64,000 bases of DNA from Epiperipatus broadwayi (GCA_028023455.1 JAQFVV010000002.1:31062001-31126000); one strand, 5' to 3'; counted from the first letter of the stretch, positions 1 to 13,078 are shown. Notes: generated by a model from the letters alone, not told the origin. A program made the numbers and translations.

Positions 1-63
1 ATCACATCCATAGTTCATTGAGGGAACTAAAATTTATATGCCTCTTATATTAAATGACCCATT

Positions 64-196
64 ATCACATCCATAAATAAGACTAGTAAAGCACTTCTAT
101 TAAAAATATTCATGTTCAAACACATAGGTATATGAGTTTTTTTTAAATATCTAAGTTATTTCTACCGAAAATACTCCATTAAGTTTAATTCTATGA
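64..196 (-). mobile_element. Degraded RTE LINE RT fragment
   Basis: Aligns by eye to 1464-1590 of the RTE copy (cacatagg.ata...aagttatttctacc...aagtttaattctatga), with indels. Confidence 0.7.
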
Positions 197-1070
197 AACA
201 TAATGGATGAAATGGATAGATGAAATTTGTTGTTCTGGAAGCTTTGGATCTAATTCTACCAGTTCCTATTACACACTTGGAGCATGCAGTGATTCTTAAG
301 GTAATGTGATATGTTCAGAGATTAAAATTGAGATTTTAATATTTGATTAAAATTGAGATTTTAATAATATTATTTGACAAAGAAGTAAATTTGATCTCAA
401 GGGATAAATTATATACTGGGTTTGATTATGTATAAACTTTAACTTTTCTATACAACTTTTTGTACAAAGGTCAGATAAGAAACCGTTCACTGGCCACTAA
501 AATAAATAGCAAAATTATTAGAGGACATCATGATATTCAAACAACAGAACAGAGAGAGTGAGTTGTAAATTCAAGACTTTTAAGCTCCTAAATTCATCTC
601 TCTATGCCATACTCTTAAGATGCTGAGTGTGAACCATTTATGAAAGGTAATAAATTGCATTAGCATATCCCAAACACTCTTGAAAACATAATCTGGTAAA
701 GTGAACATTAAAGCATAATGCTGTATTCACAGATTAGATAGCTGTGAATTAGTAATCATCATAGTGATTCAGATGATGGTGATAGGGATATAAGTCACAC
801 GAGTCAGCCACAGAATCTCATGTAAATATATTTTTAGTTTAAGTATGTGATAAAGCACCCATTGCATTTAAACATGACAAAAGTCTCTAAACAGTAGTGC
901 TACCCTGTGCGAACCAGAGTAATCAATGGATGCCAGAAGGCATTAGATAGGGATTTTATGCACAAGCCTTCTGGCATCCATTGATTACTCTGGTTGGCAC
1001 AGGGTGGCACTACTGTTTAGAAAGTTTTGCCTTGTTTATAAACAATTCATCATCATCATCATCATCATTA

Positions 1071-2651
1071 TCAACCATTATCAATCCACTGCAGGATGAA
1101 GGTCTCTCCAAGTTTAATCCATCTTCTCCGATCTTTAGCTTCTCTTCTCCACATCACCCCTACACATTTTCTTATTTCATCCATCCATCTTACATGTGGT
1201 CTCCTTCTGGGTCTTTTACAATCTCTTGGAATCCAGTTTAAAATTTCAATTGTCCATCTATTATCATCTCTTCTAGCAATATGTCCAGCCCAACTCCACT
1301 TCAATCTTTTAATTTTTTCAATGAGGTCAGTAACACCTGTTTGTTCTCTTACCCATACATTGCGTTTTCGATCTCTTCTTGTTACTCCCAACATACATCT
1401 TTCCATACTTCTTTGAGTGGTCTGAAGTCTCTGTATTGATCTTCTATTAAGTGTCCAAGTCTCAGATCCATAAGTAAGAACTGGTAAAACACATTTGTTA
1501 AAAACCTTTCTTTTCAAACACATAGGCATATTTCCTTTTAATATCAAGTTATTTCTACCAAAAGCACTCCAACCAAGTTTAATTCTATGATTAATTTCCT
1601 CCATTATGTTTCCATCTGTATTAATAATCTGACCAAGGTATTTGTAACTCTTAACTTCTTCTAATTCATCATAATCAATCTTTATTTTCATATTTTGAGC
1701 AAATCGATTAAACATTACTTTAGTCTTTTTAACATTTATCTTTAGTCCTACTTTCCTACTTTCATCTGATAACTCCTGCAACATTTCCTGCAGCTCCGAA
1801 GCATTATTTGCAAAAACAACTACATCATCTGCGAAATCTAAATGACTTAAATAATCTCCATTTACTTTCACTCCTTTAGTTTCCCATTTTAATCCACAAA
1901 AAACTTCTTGCAGCACTGCTGTAAAAAGTTTTGGAGATATGGAGTCACCTTGTCTTACACCTTTCTCAATGTTGACTTTCCCAGTATCATTATGTAATCT
2001 AATTGTTGCTGTTGCATTTTTATAAATATTCTTTAAAATATGACAATATCCTGGATCTATACCTTGATGATCCAATGCTTTAATCACTGAAGAAATGTTT
2101 ATAGAATCAAATGCCTTTTCATAATCTACAAATCCAAAACATAATGACAACTCATATTCATTTGTCCTTTCTATAACTTCTCTCAATACTTGAATATGAT
2201 CTACTGTACTAAAACCACTTTTAAATCCAGCTTGTTCTCTTGGTTGGTGAAAATCCAAGGTTCTCTGTAGACGAGTTGTAATTATCTTGGTAAAAATTTT
2301 ATATAAAACTGATAAAAGGCTGATAGGTCTGTAATTTCTAATATCTTCTTTATCACCTTTTTTAAATATTAATATTATTACTGCATTCTTCCAATCATCC
2401 AGTACATCTTTATCATTTAGACATTTGGTATATAACTTTGCTAATATTTTTTCTGTTTCTTCACCTGCTTCTTTTAATATATCAATTATAATTCCATCAT
2501 TATCTGGAGCCTTTCCTTTTTTCATACATTTAATTGCATTTCTCACTTCTTCATTTAAAATTCTGGGCAATTTGAAAGATGTAATAGATATAGGAGGTAC
2601 TTGTTCTTTATTACTATATAATTCTTGATAAAAATCTTCTACCAATTTCAT
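1071..2651 (-). pseudogene. RTE reverse transcriptase domain and C-terminus
   Basis: Motifs YRPISLLSVLYKIF, DYEKAFDS, GVRQGDSISP, FADDVV, YKYLG and WAGHIARR. Separated from the upstream segment by a frameshift in an A-run near 2685-2691. Confidence 0.95.
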
Positions 2652-2667
2652 AATGTCATCCCTATTT

Positions 2668-3270
2668 TTAGTAATAATTCCATCTTTTTTTCCTTATTGC
2701 AGATATAAATTTCCTACCAATACCAAAATGTTGTTTTACATTCTTAAGACTTTTATTTTCTTCTACAGCTTTTCTTGCTAGTTCACAGTTATACTTTCTT
2801 ATATCATTTTCAACACTTTTCCGGACCATTTTACAAAATTCGAGATATTCAATTTTTTTTAATGCATCATTCTTGTATATCTTCATATTCCTTCTTTTCT
2901 TCATAAGTTCTCTAGTCTCAGTAGAAATTTTATTAGTCAATTGCTGCTTTTTTCTACCAGCTATCTTTGTTGCAGTTTTTAAAAGTGTATCAGTTATTTT
3001 CATATTAATTTCATTCAAATCTGAATCATGTTCAAAATCTACTAATACTTGAAACCGATTTGTAAGTTCTAATTTAAATTCATTAGAATGTTTCTGAAGA
3101 TTAGGAATATCAACTGTAAATATAGTTTTTCTTAATAATTTTTGTCTCTCTAGTTTTACATTAACATATATCTTACCCCTTACTAATCGATGATCACTTC
3201 CTGTGTTAAATTTATTAAGAACATTACAATCTTGAAATATGTATTTCCTGTTAGTCAAAATATAATCCAA
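2668..3270 (-). pseudogene. RTE APE C-terminus and linker segment
   Basis: DYIL...GSDHRLV endonuclease motifs. In frame with 3304-4059 across a TGA where the usual KWTW motif has W. Confidence 0.9.
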
Positions 3271-3303
3271 TTCTGCTGTACCTTCATTTGGATGCTTCCA
3301 TGT

Positions 3304-4059
3304 TCATTTCATTTTAACATTTTTCTCAAAAAAAGAATTCATAATATAAAGTTTTTCTTTTTCTACAAACTCCACAAGTCTATGTCCTCTCTCATTTTTA
3401 TTACCATAACCAAAATTACCTACAACACTTTCATCTTTCATTTGTTTACCAATTCTAGCATTAAAATCTCCCATAACAATTTTAAAATGTTGTTTACTCT
3501 GATCAAAAGCCTTTTGTACATCCATATAAAAATCTTCTACTACTTCATCACTGTGAGAACTTGTTGGGGCATAAACCTGAATTATCTGCATTTGATATCT
3601 GCTATTAAGTTGTATAACTAATCTTGCCACTCTGTCTGATACACCATCAATCTCCACAATATTGTTCTTCCACTTTTTATTTATAATGAATCCTACTCCA
3701 CTTGTATTTCCAATATTTGTGCCTTTATAATAGAGCATATGTCCACTTTTTAAATCAATTGTCTCTTCACCTTTTCTTCTAACTTCACAAAGTCCAATAA
3801 TATCCCATTTAATATAAGAGAGTTCTTCTTCTAATTCTTGCAATCTTCCTTCACTTGAAAGTGATCTGCAGTTGTAAGTACCTAAATAAAAAGTCGTCAT
3901 CAAATGGCAGCCTGGGTCCGCCTCCAGGATATTCTTAGCACCCTCCGCCTTCGGCCACCAACCGCTGCCTTGGTTGGTGACTTTACAGCCTCCTGGGATT
4001 AAGGGCCATGCTTTATTTTTGTCTGTCATAATTGTATAATTGGGAAAAATCTTTATCAT
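3304..4059 (-). pseudogene. RTE AP-endonuclease domain
   Basis: Motifs GTYNCRSL, IIGLCEVRR, IQVYAPTS, VMGDFNARIG and NSFF. Confidence 0.95.
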
Positions 4060-5549
4060 TTAAACAAACATTCATTCTGCCTTATCAGGCACTGAGAAGA
4101 AAGACCATGGTGTTTCTTGATCTTAAACTCAGAGGTAAAAAGCCAATAAACTCACCACGCTGGCTAATGCGTGTTGGTGAGCAGCCCATCCATGCTCGTA
4201 TACTATATGAATAAACATATAGTCCACTCCATATAAACAATTATGTGCTAGTATAAGAGATAGTGATCATGTGATGCATTTAAACATATTAGTAATTGAT
4301 TATATTTAGATGGTTAGGTAAATAATTTTTGGTGGATCTCCAATTGGTGTAGAAAGTGTCTTCATTTGATTTAAGTTTTTTAAAACTGCGCATTGATGTT
4401 GAACTATTTCTTTGTATGCTTTATTCAGTGGAAAAATGGTGGATTTAATAGCGGAACATCTCTAATTGAAGCGCATTCTTGCTATTGGTGATCACATGTT
4501 CCCTGGGTAATGCACATTTAGTTATTATTTTGTTTTTGTGCAATTTAAGTCAATGGTAGAATGATGAACATACGACCTACAGATACTTGCATCAGATCTA
4601 ATTGTATTACTTTTAATGTTTTCACATCACATGATCTTTGAACAACCAATCATTTGTTTTTTATTGTTAATTTAACGGTTTTATTTCACAGAAATTCATA
4701 AGAAGTTTGAGAGTGGAATTATCAGATTTGGAAGTGATATGAATCGTCTTACACTGTTGAGTTTGATTTTCCACCATGGCACTGAACTACACAGGACATT
4801 TTGTTATTCACAGGGTATTTGTAAAAAGAATTAGTGTTAAATATTCTCACCAGGTTTTTTCCCCCTGATGTGTTTAGGCAATGCATTTGTAGATTTATAA
4901 AGTTTTTTTTTTTGCCAGTGGTTTGATTGTTTTTTTTTTATATTAAATTAAACTTTATTAGTAAATAGTGGATATGGTACATTTTTTAAAATCAAAACTG
5001 CAAATAAGATCTGTCTTACAAACGTTGTTTATTTGTGATGAATTCTAATTATATTCCTATTTCATCAGTCATTGGAAAAGAGTTTTGACACTAAGATTGG
5101 AGGTTAACAGTTATGTAATATATGGCATATTTTAATTTTATGTTCAGCTACAGAGCACCTAGTTATCTTCATTTTGCAACTATATATATATGCAGGTTAT
5201 ATGCGAGTGTTTAAATACTTTTCTAAAAAGCATATTTGAAATCCCAAAGAAATTGCATAGAGTGCACTGTTGAAGATATATGCTGACATAACATTTTTTT
5301 TTTTTCAACTAATAAAACCGTTAAAAGATGTTGTAAAGTGTCTGCTAGGAAATTAAAATCTGCTTTTATGACTGTGAAGAAAAGTATCAGACCTGTTAGT
5401 TTAAAAAAGATCTATTTCTTAGTGCCCAATGCACTGAACATTGATGTACCAAACTGCTACATTGTTTAATATTTTAAAATTGACAGTTCTTAAGGGTAGT
5501 GAGTTCAACCACTAAAGATTTGACAGATCAAAATGGATTAAAAATACTT

Positions 5550-5854
5550 AAACAAGGCAAAACTCTCCATACAGTAGTGCCACCCTGTGCTAACCAGAGT
5601 AATCAATGGATGCCAGAAGGCTTGTGCATAAAATCCCTATCTAATGCCTACTCATCCAATATCCCCAGACTAATTTCTGGCTTGTGGCCTTCATCAGTGA
5701 GGAGCTTTGGATCTGAGAACACTGCACAAGCATTCTGGCATCTATTGATTACTCTGGTTGGCACAGGGTGGCACTACTGTATGGAGAGTTTTACCTTGTT
5801 TACAAACAATTATGTGCTAGTATAAAAGATGGTGATCATGTGATGCTTAATGGT
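5550..5854 (+). mobile_element. Family A fold-back insertion (A2) with HHR on the minus strand
   Basis: Inverted arm 5550-5727, sense arm 5726-5850, TGCAC microhomology at the switch. TSD ATTAAAAATACTT at 5537-5549 and 5855-5867. HHR at 5663-5702(-). Confidence 0.85.
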
Positions 5855-6630
5855 ATTAAAAATACTTCTGGCTAGAAGTCAGTCCTAACATCTTTATCTT
5901 TAATATTCTTCTTGTTATCATTTTTACTTCCTCTAAATGATCAAGTTGAGATGTCTTCCTGATGAAAACCATCAGTGCTGTTATACCTTCGGCCGCTGGT
6001 CTGAACATCTCACTGAATCATTTCAATCAGTAGTAGCAATAGGAGGTATGTAACAAGGACCAGACTAAAAAAATTATAAAGGATTTCTGCTGCTGCTGCA
6101 AAAAGTAACATCCCACAGTACTCAAGTTTCTATCCGAACAATCTGTTTCCACAGAAAACTATTTATGGTCAAGATACCTATTTATAGTCATTGCTTTCTG
6201 ATGTAAATACTATGATAAATCTACAAAATTGAACAATGAAAAATTTAAACATTTTATATGGTCAATCAATTACCATTTAAATTTTAATCAATTACTGGAA
6301 GGGTTTATATTAGATAATGACCAAAAGAAGTCATGAGACAGACCACTTTTTTCCAGTTGTTAAACATAGTAGCTGAAACTACATGTGTGTGTGCACTTGT
6401 GTCAAAACAGTTTACAGAAAATCATAAGATCATACTGCATGGAAGTATTACATTTTGAAAGAGTATGTCTACCTGTGAAGCAAACTGTTGTTTCCAAACA
6501 ATACTGCCATTTTGTAAGATGACTATTGGATCAATTTATGCAAGCTAGCTATATAAGTTATGTGATACATGATTTTATTATATATACAGGCATACATAAT
6601 TTTCAGTGTTTTCACATACATATATGAAAA

Positions 6631-7069
6631 ACCAATAAACATCACATAATCACAATAGCTTATGTTTGCTCTTAACTGTTATTAAAACAGGCAAAACTCT
6701 ATACATATTGCCACTCACTGAAAGCCAGAGTAATCAATGGATGCCTGAAGGCTTGTGCATAAAATCGCCATCTAGTGCCTGCTCATCCAATATCCCCAGA
6801 CTAGTTTCTGGCTGTAGCTTTCATCAGTGATGAACCTTGGATCTGAGAGCAATGCACCTAGATATTAGGATTGGGATCTAGGTGCAGTGCTCTCAGATTC
6901 AAGGCTACTCACTGACAAAGGCCACAAGCCAGAAACTAGTCTGGGGATATTGGATGAATAATGAGTAAACACTAGATGGGGATTTTATGCACAAGCCTTC
7001 TGGCATCCATTGATTACTCTGGCTTGCACTGAGTGGCGCTACTGTATGGAGAGTTTTGCCTGTTTTAAT
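6631..7069 (-). mobile_element. Family A fold-back insertion (A3) with two HHRs
   Basis: Arms fold about 6872. HHR motifs at 6794-6830(-) and 6908-6946(+, G8A). The tail motif is at the left end. Confidence 0.85.
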
Positions 7070-7499
7070 ACATGCAAAGTAAAAAGAATCATCTAGTTTT
7101 AAAATAGAATCAGCCTTTTCTTCTTTAATGCTCCAATTTTTCCACCGATGTATTGAAAGCTACTTTGAGTTAGAAATTCTTGTCCATTTATCCCTTACGG
7201 TTTGTGAATTTTTATAAAAAATAGTAATTCATTAAATGGTCAGAGTAATCATATTAAGGATACTAAATGATAACAGTAGATATTTTGTACATCTTATGAT
7301 ATAACTGTAATATAAATTTAATTCTATAACTATAATAATTTCATGCATTAATATAAATGTTTTATTGCATAATTGTGAACATTTCAAAATTCTAATATTT
7401 GCCTCTTAAAAAGTATTCTATGCTTACAAATACATTTAAGGGTTTAATTGATAAGTATTTTGAAAATCACTCCTTGCAAGAAGTATTTATATTATTGCC

Positions 7500-7707
7500 C
7501 ACAATTAATACTAAGAAAGGGAATTAAAAATACATTGAGGGAAGTAATAATAGAAATATAACTCATTATTTATTAAAGTATGTATAACAAGTCAAGCATT
7601 GGTCACAATTAATACTAAGAAAGGGAATTAAAAATACATTGAGGGAAGTAATAATAGAAATATAATTCATTATTTATTAAAGTATGTATAACAAGTCAAG
7701 CATTGGT
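7500..7707. repeat. Tandem duplication, 104-bp unit
   Basis: 7500-7603 and 7604-7707 are near identical; each ends in the first bases of the adjacent SINE. Confidence 0.9.
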
Positions 7708-7780
7708 GGCCGAGTGGTCAGCAGAGCTGCCTTCCAAGCAGTTGTCTCGGGTTCGCTTCCCAGCCGATGCTTTGATATAT
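7695..7780 (+). mobile_element. tRNA-Gly(TCC)-derived SINE
   Basis: A-box TGGCCGAGTGG, anticodon arm GCTGCCTTCCAAGCAG, B-box-like GGGTTCGCTTCC. Confidence 0.8.
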
Positions 7781-8000
7781 ATATAAAGTCTATATAACAA
7801 TGGCTAGTTAAAAAGATATGAAATTATAAGTTGTCATTTGGTTAGATCTATTTCATCACTAAACAGGAATTTCATTAGTCCAGATCAAAGTGTAAATCTT
7901 TTCAGGAAACATTACTTAATAAGAAATATAAATGATTTTATAAGAATATAAATCCTATATGGATATCATAAAGATAAAATGTACTATTTGATCTACAATA

Positions 8001-8520
8001 AAAGGCATATGGCTTTATTACTCAGGAGTTCATAAGAAGTTCAAGTGCCAGGCCTGTGAGTGCCAGAATTGATCACATGACCTTCTAATCCCAAGTTGGA
8101 TGCTATCAACTATGCCAAACCATATAGGGTAAAAAAAAGGAATATGGCTTTATTGCTCATGAATTCATAAGATCAAGTGCCAGATCTGTGAATGCCGGAA
8201 TTGATCACATGACCTTCCAATCCCAAGTTGGATGCTATCAACTACGCCAAACCACATAGGGTAAAAAAGGGAATATGGCTTTATTGCTCGAGTTCATAAG
8301 TTCAACTGCCAGATCTGTGAATGCTGGAATTGATCACAGGCCCTCCCAAACTCAAGTTGGATGCTATCAACTATGCCAAATCATATAGGGTAAAAAAAGG
8401 AATATGCCTTTATTACTCATGAGTTCATAGGTTCAACTGCCAGATCTGCGAATGCCAGAATCAATTCTGGAATCTCATGATCCCAAGTCGGATAGTCTTC
8501 CAACTATGCCAAACTATGCA
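8001..8520 (-). repeat. Tandem array (about 4 x 130 bp) of a second tRNA-like SINE (family F)
   Basis: Unit starts at 8006, 8141, 8272 and 8401. Shares its tail (cttatgaactcctgagtaataaagc) with dispersed copies at about 24672-24790 and 39845-39955. Confidence 0.75.
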
Positions 8521-10586
8521 AGGCTTGATTGAAGTGATTATGAGTATTCAAATAACAAATATTTCTAGCAGAATAGTTCATTTTAATGTCCTTATGAACT
8601 TTAGTCACTACATAAATGTGATAAATCCAATGTGTTTGAAATTAATAATATTAAGCAAGGCCAATTCTAAATAAAGGGTTTCAAGTTAAAATCATTATTT
8701 AACATCATAAACAGGTAACACAATGTTATGTTAATATCATGAATGAAACATCAATAATATAAAGTTGTTTCACTAGATTTAGAACATTCTATCTAATGTC
8801 TTGTATTACTGATAATTATTGTTTTAATATTCATAATTATGCTTTGTATTTATATGATTAATGATGCATTTATGCTTATAAATATATACTTGCATTTCAG
8901 GTTATGCATAAGAATTATAACAATGCATGTGTTTTAAATTTTTTCCTTGTCTGAGCTGCTACACGTAACATTTTATGAGACATTGCATTGTTTATACATG
9001 TGATTATTTGAAGATTTTTGCAGACTTATTGTTCTTAATCAGAAATTAGTCAGTCTTTTACATGCGTGATTAATCATATTACTAATTCACTGATGTTATA
9101 ATCAGTATGCAGGACACTCAGTATAACATTGGTGAATTAGTAACATGATGAAACAGCAGCACATGTTGAAGGCAGATTACCACCTTAAATTATATTATTA
9201 TTAAAATGACTTATTGTTGTAAATATTAAAAGTTTTAATGAGATTTTCCTTTAATTTTTTTTAATCTGAAGTTTATATATGATGTAATAAAGCAAGGAAC
9301 CACTTAAAATTGAACTTGTATGAGGAAATCATGACATTTATTTATTATTTCTACATTTGACTTAATTGAGATCATAAAAATAAATACTTTTATTAAATGA
9401 TATGATTTCAGTTTACTGATTCTGTTTTTAATTTGTTGGTTGCTTGGTTACATCATAGCTGAGTTTATTCATTCATATTTACTCAAAAAATAAAAATAAA
9501 AAACTTTCTGAAACATATCATTATTTTTTAAATAATATGGACAGCAAAGTGTTAGGTTTTCATTGTGATTAAACATATTTTTAATAATATCTTTTTCTTT
9601 AATAACATTTTTTTTTCTTCTAAAAATATGTTTCATTCTCAGTAGACTATTGCCTCTATTTGTTTCAATGTTTTTATGTCTGTATTGATTTTGTAATATA
9701 TATATATAGTCAGGCCTATTTGCCATTATCCATTTTAGATTTTTGTTAACTTTTCAAACTTTAAGAATTTCTGGTGCAATACAAAAATATTTGTTCTTTT
9801 TTTTCTGCCACTGCTAAATCAATAACTTTCATTTTATTACTTAATAAAAATATTTTAGTAATTTTTAATTTTTTTTTTTTAAACTTCTAGCTTTAAATTT
9901 AGAAAACATTTTATTATAAAGTACTATATCAAACTTTTGTAAAAAATTAAATTATAGAATAATATTATATGCTTACAATACTTTGGGATAAGAAAATGGC
10001 TGCTGACGTATTATAAAATTTATTAAATTTGTGTTATTATGTTTTTTCATTTACATTTTTTGGGATAATGTTGAAGTAACAAATTGATATTAATAATCAT
10101 ACACCAAAAGCCTTTTTGGACATGGTTTTATGTCCTTAACATCTGTTTTAATTGTTAATGTATTACTACATACAGAACACCATCTACTGTTTGATAATGG
10201 AAATTAAAAAAATAAAACAAATGAAATAAAATAAAATTATAATATAGCAATCCAGATTGTTAGTGATTCAATAAAGAGTAAAACAAATTATAGCAATACA
10301 CAGAATAAATAAAAACATATCTTATACAACTTAATATATACTACCTTATTATATAAGCTTCCATTTATTTTTGATTGACCCATTATTAATGAAATCTGCT
10401 TTATATATTCACTACTTAGCATGTTATAAACATATTAAACCTTTAAATTCTATTTAAAATCTAAAAAGAAGACAAATATATGGAACAAATTATATTAAGC
10501 ATAGCATAGATAATTGTATGAATATTATAAAACTTCAATAAATTTAGTTAACTGGTCAATTAAAAATGAATAGAAAATTGGTAATA

Positions 10587-11300
10587 TGAGGGGTTATCCA
10601 AAAACCTTGGAATTTTGTAATAAAAATTGTGTACGTATTACAAATTGAATCACCTTCAAAGTGATGACTATTTCATGCAATGCGCCAGTCTAAGTGTGTT
10701 TTCCATTTTTTAAAGCAGTTGTGAAACTTTTGCAAAGTGATATATTTTAATGCCTCTGTTTGTGTTTGTTTCTTCACCACTTCCAAGTTGGCAAAATTTT
10801 TTCTTTTTTTATTCGGGAGAATCAAAAAGAAGTCATGGAGTAAGATCAAATGAATATGATGGATGGATAAGTGATAAATTCTATTCTTGATTAAAAATTG
10901 TTTCACATTCAAGATTTTGTATACTGACACATTGTTGTTAAGCATACACTCCCACTTTGCCACAAATTGGAACATTTTCATTTTACCATATCACACAAAT
11001 GTTTTAGAACTTACAGGCTAAATGCATGACTGATTACAAATGAATTCTGAGTGTACATTGCCATTCACATAAAAAATCAACATTATTTTGACATTGAATT
11101 TCATTTGCCATTCTTTTTTTTTGGGACCTAAATTTGAACCCTTTCATTAACCACACAGTAAAGTTGTGTTTTCACCAGAGAAGTTTGCTTGGAAGCTGTT
11201 TCAAGAATAACAAACATTTTCCCCATCATTTTCTCTAACAGATCATGTTCGAACTTCAGCCATCACAAAAATTGACAAATAAGCAAGACACACTTAAAAA
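10587..11300 (-). mobile_element. Degenerate mariner transposon
   Basis: ORF 10673-10981 ends ...HDFFLILP...FANLEVVKK...CFKKWKTHLDWRIA, resembling the mariner transposase C-terminus. TA followed by TGAGGGGTTATCC gives a TIR-like end at 10585-10600. Confidence 0.75.
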
Positions 11301-11399
11301 AATTATAACACACTATACCATGACTTTGTTTGATGATAATGGCCAGCAGAATGTGATGATGAGATGTACTGTGACTTCTCCTTAAATGGAGTCAGGAAT

Positions 11400-12620
11400 C
11401 TCTCAGTAACTATGCCCAATAAAACCTGTTAGCCACTTTACCTTCCCCTTCCATTCCCCACCCTAAGCTTTCCTGTAATCTGCTCTATCCCATTTCCACA
11501 ACATAATCTTTGTCAACTCCATGACCTTCATATCTAAATCCCCCTTATCTTTTCCCAAATCTAGCATAAAAACCAATAACCCATTTTCTTTATAATCACT
11601 TTGTTTATATTTATTCTCTCATAACTTCATTATTTGTACCCTTTCTGCTTTCAAGCATTTACATTCAATCAACAGATGCCTAATATTTTCTATGCCTTCC
11701 TTACATAACTTGCAGACTAAATCATCCATATTTTTCCATTTATATGTATATTCTCTTGTTGCTAAAGATCCCGTTCGAGCCCCAAACAATAAACTACTTT
11801 CCTTACTATTATCATAAATTAACTTGCACCCAAACTCTTTTTACTCTTCATACTAGTTCTCCATCTCTCCAACTCCCTATTCTTTTTAATGCATCTATTC
11901 TTTTATTGCATTCCTTACCATTATAACACTCAACAATCCTCCTCACACAATCATCCCACCTTTTATACAAGTATACTGATATAAATTCTTTATCCAAATC
12001 TTTTGCATACTGCATTACCCTTTTCACTCATCTTGTTGCCTGCCCTTTACTCATAAACCAATTAAATACTATTTTGGCTATTCTTTTATTATCCATAAAC
12101 TGCAACCTACCAAACATTTTCATTTTACTTTTTGCATCTCTCATATAAAAACTTGACCCTCCCATTTCTCCTTGAATTGCCTCCTTTGCTGTCCACACCT
12201 CTGCATCAATGCATGTCTTCCTACTTCCCTTTGTACTTTCTGTAAGAAATCTAATACCCCTTTACTAACACATAATGCATCATTACCATATGTTAACCCT
12301 GCTACTGCAACTCCCATACAATTCTTAATTTCTTTACCAAACCCTTTCTTTTCTTTGCTTTATTTACCAATTTTTTCTCCCATTCATCCAAGCAATTTTC
12401 CTGGTTACTTAAAATGATTCCCAAATAACTATATCTATCCACCAGACTTAATTTTATATCCCCCAATAAAAATTCTACATCTTCTCTTTCCCCAGTATTA
12501 ACCATCATTATATTTGATTTTTCTTTACCAAATTTAATTCCCATCTCTTTACCCACCCTTGCACATGTCCTCAGCATAGCTTCCATATCTTCGTTTCTTT
12601 CTGCAAACAAAAAGATATCT
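11400..12620 (-). mobile_element. 5'-truncated, degraded non-LTR retrotransposon (RTEX-like; clade uncertain)
   Basis: Post-FADD RT segment (MEAML...EKSNIM...YSYLGI), then IYDNSKESSLLFGARTGSL and a CCHC knuckle (CKLCKEGIENIRHLLIEC), with many stops and frameshifts. Confidence 0.8.
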
Positions 12621-12804
12621 ACAAAAAAAAAAAGACCCGACAAAGTAAAGTCTCCAGGAGGAGTCATCTAGTGGCCAAAGCTTGTACTACAATATGATCA
12701 CCATCAGAAAATGATTCAGGTTTTTTGGGTACCCCCTCATATGTAAAGTTGTATAAGGTATGTCTTTATTTATTTTATGTATTGTTACATTGCATAGTCA
12801 ATTT

Positions 12805-13078
12805 ATAATTTATCCAAACTTCAAACACTTTTTAGCAAAACTCTTTATTTGTACATACACCTACGTTTCGACTGACCTGCAGTCTTCTTCAGAGCAAGTT
12901 TATTTTGATCAAAAATTTTTTTTAGTTAGATCAAAATAAACTTGCTCTGAAGAAGAATGCGGGTCAGTTGAAACATAGGTGTATGTACAAATAAAGAGTT
13001 TTGCTAAAAAGTGTTTGAAGTTTGGATAAATTGTATTTATAAGATATTGCGGCAAACATAAAGAAAAGTGTGATTTTG
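12805..13078 (+). mobile_element. Family E fold-back insertion (E1) with minimal HHRs
   Basis: Near-perfect arms of about 105 bp (12805-12910 and 12929-13033), a tail of about 45 nt ending GTGTGATTTTG, and a 13-bp TSD GCATAGTCAATTT at 12792-12804 and 13079-13091. Confidence 0.9.
12858..12897 (-). ncRNA. Minimal type I hammerhead ribozyme motif (family E)
   Basis: CUGAAGA-A-GACUG(CAGGU)CAGUC-GAA-ACGU-A-GGUGU. Palindromic loop-less helix III; stem I is weak. Confidence 0.7.

Larger units (their letters stand above)
1048..4231 (-). mobile_element. Full-length RTE-clade non-LTR retrotransposon
   Basis: APE and RT coding segments, a 3' (GAT)n tail at 1048-1067, and an 11-bp TSD TATAAACAATT at 1037-1047 and 4232-4242. 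Confidence 0.95.
876..4274 (+). mobile_element. Family A fold-back insertion (A1), split by the RTE
   Basis: Inverted arms about 879-941 and 967-1030. The sense arm resumes at 4243 and ends in GATCATGTGAT. 13-bp TSD TGCATTTAAACAT at 863-875 and 4275-4287. This copy lacks the HHR core. Confidence 0.85.

Noticed and set aside
5550-5854. MITE (DNA transposon) interpretation of the HHR fold-backs
   Set aside because: Arms are asymmetric, one end has an unpaired tail, the inner junction varies and TSD length is not fixed, unlike the true hAT MITE at 50865-51262.
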